From an uncultured Methanoregulaceae archaeon (GTDB lineage Archaea > Halobacteriota > Methanomicrobia > Methanomicrobiales > Methanospirillaceae), in NCBI GenBank assembly GCA_963737635.1, contig CAVTTL010000001.1:2080001-2144000 (forward strand): a stretch of DNA of 64,000 nt, written 5' to 3'. A program made the translations under genes and the position numbers. This document shows, in pieces, positions 31,849 through 41,422 of the stretch. A model generated the notes under the pieces. The model did not search any database. It was not told where the DNA came from and saw only the letters and a list, made by a program, of their open reading frames with translations. Position 1 is the first letter of the stretch. Every line of letters begins with the position of its first letter.

Positions 31849-33699
31849 ATGGATTTCAAATACGTACCAAGCACCTGTCCCTACTGTGGCAACGGGTGCG
31901 GTGTCAACCTTGTCGTGCGAGACGGCAAGTTTGTCGGGATCTCCCCGTGGCACCGCAACCCGGTCAACGAGGGTAAGGTCTGTATCCGCGGTAACAAGCC
32001 GTACGAGTTCGTTAATAGTGCCGACCGGCTCATGACGCCGCTCATCAAGAAGGGCGACACGTTCGAGGCGGCAAGCTGGGAAGACGCCTATAAGGCGATT
32101 GCTGATGCCTTCAAGTCCGCAAAGGGCGACGCTATCGGAGTCGTCGCTTCCGCCCGGAACAGCAACGAGGACTCCTTTGTCCTGAAAAACTTCGCGGCAA
32201 ACGTGCTCAAGACCGCAAACATCGATTACTGCGGCCGCCGGTGCAACGCCGATGCGGTCAAGGGCCTTGCAGATGCCTTTGGCAGCGGCGCGACCACCAA
32301 CTCACTTGCCGACTTGGGCGAAGCTAGGGCCATCCTCATCGTGGGCGCAAACCCCCTCGAGGAGAACCCGCTTGCCGGGCGCAGGGTCATCCTTGCCAAG
32401 CTCAACGGCGCAAAGATCATCGTCGCTGACGCCCGGAACACCGCTACCGCGAAGATCGCCGACATCCACATTGCCTGCAACCCGGGCACCGGTGTGGCGC
32501 TCGTCAACGGCATCATTACCGCCATCATCAAGGCCGGAAAAGAGAACAAGGACTACATCGCCAAGCATACCAAGGACTTCGAGAAGGCAAAGGCCGCAGC
32601 GGCAGCATGCACACCTGAGGCAGTCGCAAAGACAGCCGGCATCAGTGCCGATGTAGTCACAAAGGCAGCCGAGATCTTTGCCGCAGCAGAGTCCGCAGCA
32701 GTCGTCACGTCTGCGGGCGCAGGTTCGGGCGACCTGATCCGGGCCCTGGCAAACCTCCAGCTGGTCACCGGCAATGTCGGAAAGGCCGGCGCAGGTGTCA
32801 ACCTCCTCCGTGGCAAGAGCAACGCCCAGGGAGCAGCCGATGTCGGCGCAGTCCCCGGCGATGGCGGCCTCACGGTCCCGGCCATGATCGAAGCGGCAGC
32901 AACCGGTAAGATCAAGGCACTGTACGTAGTCGGCGAAAACATCGCCTCCGCGGGCGCCCACGTTGCTGATGCACTGGGTAAGCTTGACTTCCTGGTTGTT
33001 CAGGATCTCTTCATGACCGAGACTGCAGCAAAGGCAAACGTCGTCCTGCCCTCGGCCTCCTTTGCAGAGCGCGACGGAACAGTCACCAACGCTGAACGCC
33101 GCGTCCAGCGGATCAGAAAGGCCATCGAGCCCATCGGTTCCTCTAAGGCAGACTGGCAGATCATCAGCGAGATTGCAAAGGCAATGGGCCACGAGAAGGA
33201 CTTTGCATTCAAGGACGCAGAAGCCATCTTCAACGAGATCGCAAAGGCCGTTCCCGCGTACGCAGGAATCACCTACGCGAAACTCGAGAAGCCCGAAGCC
33301 ATCCAGTGGCCGGCAGCCGGCGGCGTGTTTGGCACGGCAATCCTGTACACGGACAAGTTCGGTACAAAGGACGGAAAAGCCTCATTTGCCGAGGTCGAGT
33401 ACAAGGCCGTCGAGGCAGCAGGCGGGGAGTTCCCGTTCGCGGTCGCCGCACGGTGGCCCATGGGTACTCTCTCGACCAACTCCTCCTCTATCATGCGCGA
33501 ATGGCCGGAGCCAAAAGTCGAGATCAACGCCGAGGATGCAAAGGAGCTGGGAATCGCGAACGGTGCGACTGTCAAGGTCACCGGAAAAGCCGGCTCTATC
33601 GAGATTACCGCCGAAGTGTCCAAGGATATCAAGAAAGGTGTCGTCTCGATGGCAGCGGCAGTCGGTGCGGCTGTGAAGATTGAGAAAGGAGGGAACTAA
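31849..33699 (+). CDS. fdhA: Formate dehydrogenase alpha-like molybdopterin oxidoreductase (divergent)
   Basis: CPYCGNGC [4Fe-4S] motif, VVQDLFMTETA, ERDGTVTNAERRVQ. Active-site segment is atypical (YCGRRCN). Confidence 0.85.
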   Translation: MDFKYVPSTCPYCGNGCGVNLVVRDGKFVGISPWHRNPVNEGKVCIRGNKPYEFVNSADRLMTPLIKKGDTFEAASWEDAYKAIADAFKSAKGDAIGVVASARNSNEDSFVLKNFAANVLKTANIDYCGRRCNADAVKGLADAFGSGATTNSLADLGEARAILIVGANPLEENPLAGRRVILAKLNGAKIIVADARNTATAKIADIHIACNPGTGVALVNGIITAIIKAGKENKDYIAKHTKDFEKAKAAAAACTPEAVAKTAGISADVVTKAAEIFAAAESAAVVTSAGAGSGDLIRALANLQLVTGNVGKAGAGVNLLRGKSNAQGAADVGAVPGDGGLTVPAMIEAAATGKIKALYVVGENIASAGAHVADALGKLDFLVVQDLFMTETAAKANVVLPSASFAERDGTVTNAERRVQRIRKAIEPIGSSKADWQIISEIAKAMGHEKDFAFKDAEAIFNEIAKAVPAYAGITYAKLEKPEAIQWPAAGGVFGTAILYTDKFGTKDGKASFAEVEYKAVEAAGGEFPFAVAARWPMGTLSTNSSSIMREWPEPKVEINAEDAKELGIANGATVKVTGKAGSIEITAEVSKDIKKGVVSMAAAVGAAVKIEKGGN

Positions 33700-33701
33700 C
33701 C

Positions 33702-34955
33702 ATGACAAAGAAAGGCGACATGCTCTACGCGTGGACCAACGACGCAGAGATCCAGAAGAAAGCCGAACTGGGTGGTGCGGTTACCTCGCTCTGGAAACAC
33801 GCACTCGAGACCAAGACCATCGACGCGGTCCTTGTCATCTCCAAAGGCAAGGACCTTTACGATGCCAAGCCCACGCTCGTGACCGACCCGGCACAGCTGG
33901 CAACCACCGCCGGTTCACTCCACTGCGGTACGCTCCTGCTGCCAAAGCTCATCAAGAAGTACTTTGACGGCGCGGCAACGACCAAGATCGGGGTCACCGT
34001 CAAGGGTTGCGACGCGATGGCGTTCTACGAACTGGCCAAGAGAAAGCAGATCAACCTTGACAATATCTTCATGATCGGTGTCAACTGCGGTGGATCGGTC
34101 AGCCCGGTCCTCGCCCGCAGGATGATCGCCGACAAGTACGGCGTCGACCCGGACACGGTCCACAAGGAAGAGATCGACAAGGGTCAGTTCATTATCGAGT
34201 ACGAAGGCGGCCACAAGGGTATTACCGTCGACGAGCTCGAAGAGCACGGCTACGGACGCCGGTCCAACTGCCGCCGCTGCAAGATGAAGGTGCCCCGGCA
34301 GGCAGATCTCGCCTGCGGTAACTGGGGTGTTATCGGCCCCCGTGCAGGAAAGGCAACGTTTGTCGAAGTATGCAGCGAGAAGGGCGCAAACCTTCTTGAC
34401 AGCGCGGTCAAGAAGGGCATCCTTGCGACTGAGGCAGCAAACCCCAAGGGTCTTGAGATCCGCGGGAAAGTCGAGGGTGCGATGCTCAAGCTCGGCGAGA
34501 AGTGGCGCGGCAAGGACTTCACCGGTCTTGGCGAAGGAAAAGAACGCCTCAAGAAGATCATGACCGATACCGCACGGTGCATCAAGTGCTACTCGTGTAT
34601 CTCCGCCTGCCCCATCTGCTACTGTGTCGACTGCACGACAAAGAACCCGGTCTACGTGAAACCCGGCGAGATCCCACCAGACTTCATGTTCCACCTGATC
34701 CGGTTTGCGCACATCGCAGACTCCTGTGTGAACTGCGGCCAGTGCCAGGAACTCTGCCCCGCAGAGATCCCCAACGCCCTCTTCATGCATGCCCAGCAGG
34801 TCGAGCTCGAAAAGATGTTCGGCCATGTCCCGGGTGTCAACATGGAACTGCCGCTGATGGCGTTTGTCGAGGAAAGGGAAGAGCGTTCACGTCTCTCGAA
34901 CACCGGAAGCGACATGATCTACGAGAACGTGTTCAGCCCGGTACCAAAGAAATAA
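33702..34955 (+). CDS. fdhB: F420-binding formate dehydrogenase beta subunit
   Basis: GGAVT, GSLHCG, GVNCGG, ADLACGNWG and two ferredoxin motifs. Confidence 0.93.
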   Translation: MTKKGDMLYAWTNDAEIQKKAELGGAVTSLWKHALETKTIDAVLVISKGKDLYDAKPTLVTDPAQLATTAGSLHCGTLLLPKLIKKYFDGAATTKIGVTVKGCDAMAFYELAKRKQINLDNIFMIGVNCGGSVSPVLARRMIADKYGVDPDTVHKEEIDKGQFIIEYEGGHKGITVDELEEHGYGRRSNCRRCKMKVPRQADLACGNWGVIGPRAGKATFVEVCSEKGANLLDSAVKKGILATEAANPKGLEIRGKVEGAMLKLGEKWRGKDFTGLGEGKERLKKIMTDTARCIKCYSCISACPICYCVDCTTKNPVYVKPGEIPPDFMFHLIRFAHIADSCVNCGQCQELCPAEIPNALFMHAQQVELEKMFGHVPGVNMELPLMAFVEEREERSRLSNTGSDMIYENVFSPVPKK

Positions 34956-35003
34956 CTCTTTTTTTTATCGTTCCCGGTTTTTGCCGGATTTTGTTAAGAG
35001 ATC

Positions 35004-36041
35004 TCACCATGCGGGGTTATTACTGACACCGTGTAATTTCCGGAACAGCCGCACCCGTGCCCGGGTTGCATTCGCGGGTTCCGGCACCGACTCATTGCTC
35101 CGCCTGCCACCTACAGCCTCGATGATAGCATTGATGGCCGCGGAGTGGGACGGCCCGTACCCGCCTTCCAGAATAAAGGCGGGAACGAGGTCAGTTGCAT
35201 CCAGCAGCATGGCAGTGAGCGTACCGTAGTCTTCCGGCTGCAGTCCCATAACACTGAGCGGATCGTCTGAAAGCATATCCTGCCCGGCTGATACCATCAG
35301 AAGGTCTGGATGCACCCGTTCGATCACCGGGAGGAAGAGATCGGAGAAAACATGCGCGACGTCCCCGATGGTGCTCCCGGAAAGCAGTGGGGCATTGACC
35401 GTGTACCCTGCGCTGGCACCGACACCGGTCACGGTGGCCGCCCCGGATCGGGGGAACAGGCCTTCCGCATGGACAGAGCAGTACAGCACCCGGTCGCTTT
35501 TTTTGAAGGTCTCTTCGGTCCCGTTCCCGTGATGCAGGTCCCAGTCGACAATCGCAATGCGATTCACGGAACCGAGTGCCTGTGCCGCAGCGACCGCAAC
35601 ATTATTGATCAGACAAAACCCCATCGCCCACCCGGGCAGGGCATGATGCCCCGGAGGCCGGACAAGCGCAAAACAACTCTCCCCTTCCCGCGCTCGTTCC
35701 ACCGCCATACATGCCGCGCCTGCTGCATAGGTGGCGACCCCATACGACCACGGAGTGACGTACGTATCCGCATCGATAAACCACGGTGAAGGCGGGTCCC
35801 TCGCGATCTCTGTATCCACAGCGACGGGGTGGGGGCTCAGGCCGCGCAGCCATGCGAGGTAGCCGGGAAGGTGGACGCGCACCAGATCTTCTTCTTGTGC
35901 AGCCACAGGATCGAGAACAGGGATGCCAGCCGGTAGTCCTGCGACAACCGCACGAAGGCGGTCAGCATTTTCGGGATGGCCCGGGCAGTCATGAAGCCCA
36001 AAGACTGGCCCGGTAATGACTGAGCATTTCGTAATGCACAA
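35004..36041 (-). CDS. Histone deacetylase-family amidohydrolase
   Basis: HPE, RPPGHHA, GFC..NN, DWDLHHGNGT, SAGQD, LEGGY. Confidence 0.92.
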   Translation of the reverse strand: MCITKCSVITGPVFGLHDCPGHPENADRLRAVVAGLPAGIPVLDPVAAQEEDLVRVHLPGYLAWLRGLSPHPVAVDTEIARDPPSPWFIDADTYVTPWSYGVATYAAGAACMAVERAREGESCFALVRPPGHHALPGWAMGFCLINNVAVAAAQALGSVNRIAIVDWDLHHGNGTEETFKKSDRVLYCSVHAEGLFPRSGAATVTGVGASAGYTVNAPLLSGSTIGDVAHVFSDLFLPVIERVHPDLLMVSAGQDMLSDDPLSVMGLQPEDYGTLTAMLLDATDLVPAFILEGGYGPSHSAAINAIIEAVGGRRSNESVPEPANATRARVRLFRKLHGVSNNPAW

Positions 36042-36147
36042 CCGGCCCCGGATCGGACAAGAAGATGATCGGCCGGTACTCCAGATGAATGTTATGATCG
36101 ACCCTAATTTCGATCACCCGCGGATGGGTTCAAAACAGTGCCCGGAT

Positions 36148-36474
36148 CTATTCTTTGGTTTTCCGGATCATCTGTACCTTCTGGAGCGTGACTTGTCCGT
36201 GCTCGACGAATTGTTCGATCTCCGGGAGAACAGCAAGGATCTTCTCTTCTTCATCAACGACTTCGATGGTTACCGGAAGATCAAGAGAGAGGCGGACCAC
36301 ATCGACGGTATGGATGACGCTCTCGTGGCCGAACCCCTCCATGCCCCGCAAGACAGTGCACCCGGGAAACCCTTTCTCCTTGAAATAGTCCACCAGGTAC
36401 TTGTACGCCGGCCGGTCGTTGATCTTTGCCGATTCCGCGATATAGATCTTGAGTAATAATCCGTCCATAAGCAT
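36148..36474 (-). CDS. DUF190 (PII-like) protein associated with fluoride exporters
   Basis: LLKIYIAE, G.TVLRG.EGFG, LS.DLP..IEVVD; directly downstream of the crcB pair. Confidence 0.88.
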   Translation of the reverse strand: MLMDGLLLKIYIAESAKINDRPAYKYLVDYFKEKGFPGCTVLRGMEGFGHESVIHTVDVVRLSLDLPVTIEVVDEEEKILAVLPEIEQFVEHGQVTLQKVQMIRKTKE

Positions 36475-36495
36475 GCTCCATTTCACCCCGGTCTT

Positions 36496-36855
36496 TTATA
36501 AGAAAGCCCACCCGGCACAGGCCAGGTACCCCGCAGCCACGGCGAGCAGGCCGCCTCCGACACTGATCGCAGTATATGTCGCAAGGGTGCGATAATCATG
36601 ATCCTCCATCATCCTGAACGTCTCGTACGAGAAGGTCGAAAACGTCGTAAACCCGCCAAGGCCGCCCGTCCCGATAAGGTAATACAGGTCACCCTGCACC
36701 TGCGAAAAGACCAGCAGGGAAAAACAAAAGCTTCCTGCGATGTTAACAAGCAGCGTCCCGGTTGGTATCCCCCGGAACGGCTGGATGCGCGAAAAGACAA
36801 AGCGCAGGAGTGACCCAGCTGCACCGCCTACTCCAACAAGGAGAAGGGGGTCCAT
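36496..36855 (-). CDS. crcB: Fluoride channel Fluc/CrcB (second copy)
   Basis: GGAAGSLLR, GTLLVN, GGFTTFSTF. Confidence 0.92.
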   Translation of the reverse strand: MDPLLLVGVGGAAGSLLRFVFSRIQPFRGIPTGTLLVNIAGSFCFSLLVFSQVQGDLYYLIGTGGLGGFTTFSTFSYETFRMMEDHDYRTLATYTAISVGGGLLAVAAGYLACAGWAFL

Positions 36856-36856
36856 T

Positions 36857-37231
36857 TTAGGCAAACCTCCCGTAAAGGATAACCATTCTCCCGCACCACA
36901 TCGCAATAAAGCCAAGGACGAGGGTAGCCGCAAGGTTTGCCACCCCGATGACCGGGCCCGCCGCAAAAGACTGGACCCCAAGAGCAGAAAAGGTGGTAAA
37001 CGATCCGATGATCCCGACCGCACAGAACTGCCGCGTGGTCCGGGAAAACCGGCCCAGGTACATCGATTCGTACATGAAGATGCCCAGGAAAAAGCACCCG
37101 ACCGTGTTGACGATCAGGGTCCCGGCGAGCGGGAGAACAACCGCAGCATCGACAAGGTACCGGAGCACGGCGCCGATAAACCCGCCGGTCGCTACCGCGA
37201 TAAAGGGGATGCACGCGTCCCGGTCTATCAT
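36857..37231 (-). CDS. crcB: Fluoride channel Fluc/CrcB (first copy)
   Basis: GGFIGAVLRY, GTLIVN, GSFTTFSA. Confidence 0.92.
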   Translation of the reverse strand: MIDRDACIPFIAVATGGFIGAVLRYLVDAAVVLPLAGTLIVNTVGCFFLGIFMYESMYLGRFSRTTRQFCAVGIIGSFTTFSALGVQSFAAGPVIGVANLAATLVLGFIAMWCGRMVILYGRFA

Positions 37232-37374
37232 ACAGACACCGCCCTCCTTACCAGATAGCATTTCCCCGGGATTATCTGGACAGCAGGTCTGCACTTCTCC
37301 GCCGCTGAAGATAAGAAAGCCTTACCCAGGCTGAAAAACGACACCGATCATCATCCCCCAAACGTCTGCTACCC

Positions 37375-37435
37375 TGGTAGAAGTCATCAGTCACTGGTAA
37401 CAGTGGCGGTTGGAGGCGGACTTCATCGCCGGTAT
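37375..37435 (-). ncRNA. Fluoride riboswitch (crcB motif)
   Basis: Minus strand reads GGCGATGAAGTCCGCC-TCCAACCGC-CACTG..CAGTG-ACTGATGACTTCTAC, matching the crcB-motif consensus, upstream of crcB-crcB. Confidence 0.93.
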
Positions 37436-37566
37436 AGGATTCTTGTGTTTTCAAGATAGTTGAAGCTAGCGAAAAGGAACGTTTCTGGAATATTCGTACC
37501 CTGGAACGAAATTATTTATAAATAAGAGGAATATTTTTGTAACAGGATTGACCTTATGGTGATACG

Positions 37567-38094
37567 GTGACGCAATCCGGCAGGAAATACCGGTTTTCAT
37601 GGAATCTCCTCGGTGACATCGGCACCGGGAGGCCCAATCTCGGCCCGGAGACGGGTGTCGAAGTGTACCGCCTGATGGAGTATACCTTCCGCGACGTGCT
37701 GGAACAGGCATTCGGCACCGAAAAGACCGATGAGATCTTTTACCGGGCCGGTTTCCTTGCCGGGACCGAATTTTACCGGAATCTTATCGGAAAGCCGGAG
37801 GATTTCGACACATTTATCAAAAAACTCCATTACCTGCTCGCCGGGATGAAGATCGCCATTCTCAGGATCGAAAAAGAAGATCCGGAGAAGGGTTCGTATG
37901 TTATGACAGTCTCCGAAGACCTCGATTGTTCGGGACTTCCCAAGACCGGCTGTGGCATCTGCATCTATGACGAGGGTTTTATCGCCGGTGTCATGGAATC
38001 GTATACCGGCGTGCCATTTGTGGTAAAGGAGATCGACTGCTGGTGTACGGGTGACCGGACCTGCCGTTTTTCCGTTACGAGGGTTCCGCCCTGA
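37567..38094 (+). CDS. V4R-domain protein
   Basis: GRPNLG, EDLDCSGLP, C.YDEGFIAG, E.DCWCTGDRTCRF. Confidence 0.9.
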   Translation: MTQSGRKYRFSWNLLGDIGTGRPNLGPETGVEVYRLMEYTFRDVLEQAFGTEKTDEIFYRAGFLAGTEFYRNLIGKPEDFDTFIKKLHYLLAGMKIAILRIEKEDPEKGSYVMTVSEDLDCSGLPKTGCGICIYDEGFIAGVMESYTGVPFVVKEIDCWCTGDRTCRFSVTRVPP

Positions 38095-38324
38095 TACCGG
38101 GTTTACCTGTCTCGTAACCGATCAAAGCTGGCAGACAAGAAGAGAAAACCCCGGCTGATCCCCGGTTACGAGCGTGAGGTCATTGGATTCCGCTGTCGCA
38201 AGAATGAGAAGGTTCTGGTTGCAAGCGACGTGCAGTAATGACCCGACCGGCATACCTGTCTGTGCATTCACGTCTGTGATCGCGGACGAAAAAATGGGTT
38301 GAATGTATGGCGAGTAGGGACAGG

Positions 38325-38564
38325 TTATTTTGGGACAGATGCGGACGGAGTTTTCACACCGGCTCCTGCCTTTAGATGGTCCCTCCGGTACTCGAGCTTG
38401 TGCGACTCATGTATTAATTTTTTCACCCCTTTTGTCTGAGGGGAAATCACTTTCGGTGTAACCGTAGACGGGTGCGCAATCGTGCCAGACCCGGATTTCC
38501 CGGGGGCGGTTTCCTGCGTTTTTGTATCGGTGACCTTTGTATCGTGTGTCTTTGTATTCTGCAT
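38325..38564 (-). CDS. Small basic hypothetical protein
   Basis: 79-aa ORF with an AAGGAG RBS-like element upstream. Confidence 0.5.
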   Translation of the reverse strand: MQNTKTHDTKVTDTKTQETAPGKSGSGTIAHPSTVTPKVISPQTKGVKKLIHESHKLEYRRDHLKAGAGVKTPSASVPK

Positions 38565-38887
38565 AATTGTTCAACTCCTTTCATAACTCAAAAGCTGATA
38601 TGATGATTTTCATGAGGCTTTCGGGAAATCGTCCTGATAACCCGTTGTGTGTTATTTCATACCAAACCGGGTGAATACATGGCTTGTATACATAGATACC
38701 TGCCTGTTGGTTGCAGGATCTGCTTTTCATTCTCTTTTTTTAGCTCTATTCTTCCGTCGAAGATACGTAGGTGGGGGTATACGGTAGTACACAGGACCGC
38801 ATACGGCATAATAGAGAAGGCATATATCATCACCCTGACAAGAGACCACGTTAAGTCTGATGAATACACCACATAAGGAGATCGTAT

Positions 38888-39106
38888 ATGAGTGCATACC
38901 ATTTTTGTACCGGTTGTGAATACATCAAAATCAGGACGGTCCCGGGACCTGACACCTCGACGGCAAGCAGATGGTCATGCCCGGCCCGGTTCAACCCGAG
39001 GGAAGGGAAATGGCCTTCAACGGACGGGGCGAATCCGCACGAATGTCCACGGAATGAGCAATTTATGTCTCTTCAGAAACAGAGTGGCGACCGCAAACTC
39101 CGGTGA
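38888..39106 (+). CDS. Small Cys-rich hypothetical protein
   Basis: AGGAG RBS; CTGC...WSCP...HECP. Confidence 0.55.
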   Translation: MSAYHFCTGCEYIKIRTVPGPDTSTASRWSCPARFNPREGKWPSTDGANPHECPRNEQFMSLQKQSGDRKLR

Positions 39107-39796
39107 AACCCCTGTCTTTTCTGATATTGAAAATGAAGTCGTCGTGACCTATCAACGCTGACTATTTAAAAGTCCCGACAACGCATCAGCACCGCTCCGT
39201 TTACCTGAGCATTAGATTTAACGCCTCTCTCGTTTCACGTGAGTATATGCTTGAGGAGTTCTGCGAAGAAACCCATTGCGATCAATACACCCCTTCCACG
39301 GGAGGATCTTTCGCAAAGTGCCTGATGATGCAGACGAGAATTGTCCCGGGTTTCTTATTGTCCTCTCGGGAATGACAAAATTGTTCTCCCGAGTGCAAAA
39401 AAATGAAGGGGCCTTCATGCTGCTTCTCGGATTGAACCCGTCGTGATCCTACATATACCGTCATGAGACCTTCAGTATGGTCCGCTGTTGGCGAATATAA
39501 GGACTAATCGTGATTGTGGTCCTGATCGAAGAGAACTCCTGTTTTGACGCTCATTTCCGGTCCGGACCTGCACGATATGGAGCGATGTCGGGTATGTCCG
39601 GAATTTGAGGGAACGAAATCTGTTACCTCGTGCAGGATCCTCTCTTCAAGATATCTCCCTGGTGCAGATACCTGCGGACGCCAGCGACAGGCTGGGGAAG
39701 CCTGATGGAGCCTGGGGAGTTCACGGGCACCAGCTGACGTTGGTGGTGTCTTAAGCTGAATCTTACGGAGTATGTCCGGTAGGGTTCCCCACAGTC

Positions 39797-41422
39797 TCAG
39801 GAGAACCCGGCCGAGAGACCGTCCCGGATATCCTGCTTCTTCTCCGCGTTGAGCCGGGAAAGATATTCTTCGAATTTGTAAATCCGGGTGCTGACCGGGA
39901 AAGGGATCGTGAGCGTGCTGATGATCGCCTCGCCCCGGTCAAGCGTCTGGATCTCCACTTCCATCTGGGACAGGTCCTGTTTTGCGCTCCCCATCACGAT
40001 ATCGCGATCGCCGCGGTCGCCAAGGCCCATGATGACAAAGGTGTTGATCTGGGCGAGCACTTTGGGGTCGACGTTTTTGGGTTGCTGGGTGATGACGCAG
40101 AGGCCGACACCAAACTTGCGGCCCTCCATGGCGCATTCACGGAAGACCTGGGTCGACGAGCCCCCGCTTGCAAGCACCCTTTGAGCCTCGTCGATGGCGA
40201 TCAGGATCTGTTTCTGCTCGGGCTCGGTATCCTCGACACCGAACTTCTCCGCGGTCTCCCGGTGATCCCGGAGGATGCGCCGGGTGATCATCGAGAGGAT
40301 GAACAGTTCGCTTCGTTCGCTCATCCGGGGAATATCGATGAGAACGACCTTGTGATCGTGCAGAGCGTTAAGGATCTCCTGGATGGCGGATCCTTTGGTG
40401 CGGAAGAACCGTTCGTTACCGTTGACGATAATCCGGATTTTCCGCTGGATGGACCCGAGCGTTGACGGGTGGAACGCCCTGAGCCGGTCTGCGATCTCCG
40501 GGTAGATCCCCCGGTAACTGCCGTCCTTGACCCGGTCCGGCAGGCTTTCAATATCCTGCTCGGCGAGGAAGAAGGCGATAGTCTTGCTGCCGGCAAACTC
40601 TTCCAGGGTCTCGACGACTTCCCATTGGGCAGGCGATAATTCGTAGAGAAGACCCAGATCGGCCATCCGGAAATCATCGTACTCGAGCCAGAGCTGGTGT
40701 GCGCCGTACTTTTTCTGGTTGTTCCTGTCGATACTGAAGATGGCTAACCCATCTTTTCCTGACGAGTAATGTGGCAGTCCTTTGCTTGTCTCGCCGGTAC
40801 TGGATTTTCCTCCCCGGACATATTCACCGTGGGGATCGACGATGAGAAGGCCGAACTGCCTGATCTTCATGCAGGACGCACAAAACACCCGCATGAAGTT
40901 GCTTTTTCCCATTCCTGTGGTGGCAAAAACGCCCATATGCTGGGGGAGAACAGCGCTTGGGATCTTGACCGGCACCCCTTTGAGATCTGCTTGGCCGGTC
41001 CGGATGACGCCGACCTCGATATCACCCATCAGCTTGGCCAGAAAGCCAAAGTCTTCGGCGGCCGGAATGCTGACCCGGGAGAATTTCACCGGGACCGTCC
41101 GGGGTTTCCGGAATATGTTTGTCTCATCGATAAACCCGAGCGGGACCGCTTCGACCCCGATAAAGACATCCTCGCCAAGCCCGTAGAACTGTTCGCTGTA
41201 CGGTCTCGTGTCCCAGTTCTGGTCGGCAAAATTGCTCTCGTGGAGGAGATCGGTGACCTTGGCAAAGAACGTGTACTTCTTCTTATCGTCTTCGATCTTG
41301 ATGATGTCCCCGACAAAGATGCCTGCGTCGTGGGGGACGATGAAACGGTATGCGAGAACGCTTTTACCGATGAGCCGGAATTTGGTCTTGTCTTTGTTAT
41401 CAATATCGTTCAAATTCATCAT
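39797..41422 (-). CDS. herA: HerA helicase/translocase
   Basis: HMGVFATTGMGKSN, DPHGEY, IDEAQR, EGRKFGVG, TQQPK. Confidence 0.93.
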   Translation of the reverse strand: MMNLNDIDNKDKTKFRLIGKSVLAYRFIVPHDAGIFVGDIIKIEDDKKKYTFFAKVTDLLHESNFADQNWDTRPYSEQFYGLGEDVFIGVEAVPLGFIDETNIFRKPRTVPVKFSRVSIPAAEDFGFLAKLMGDIEVGVIRTGQADLKGVPVKIPSAVLPQHMGVFATTGMGKSNFMRVFCASCMKIRQFGLLIVDPHGEYVRGGKSSTGETSKGLPHYSSGKDGLAIFSIDRNNQKKYGAHQLWLEYDDFRMADLGLLYELSPAQWEVVETLEEFAGSKTIAFFLAEQDIESLPDRVKDGSYRGIYPEIADRLRAFHPSTLGSIQRKIRIIVNGNERFFRTKGSAIQEILNALHDHKVVLIDIPRMSERSELFILSMITRRILRDHRETAEKFGVEDTEPEQKQILIAIDEAQRVLASGGSSTQVFRECAMEGRKFGVGLCVITQQPKNVDPKVLAQINTFVIMGLGDRGDRDIVMGSAKQDLSQMEVEIQTLDRGEAIISTLTIPFPVSTRIYKFEEYLSRLNAEKKQDIRDGLSAGFS

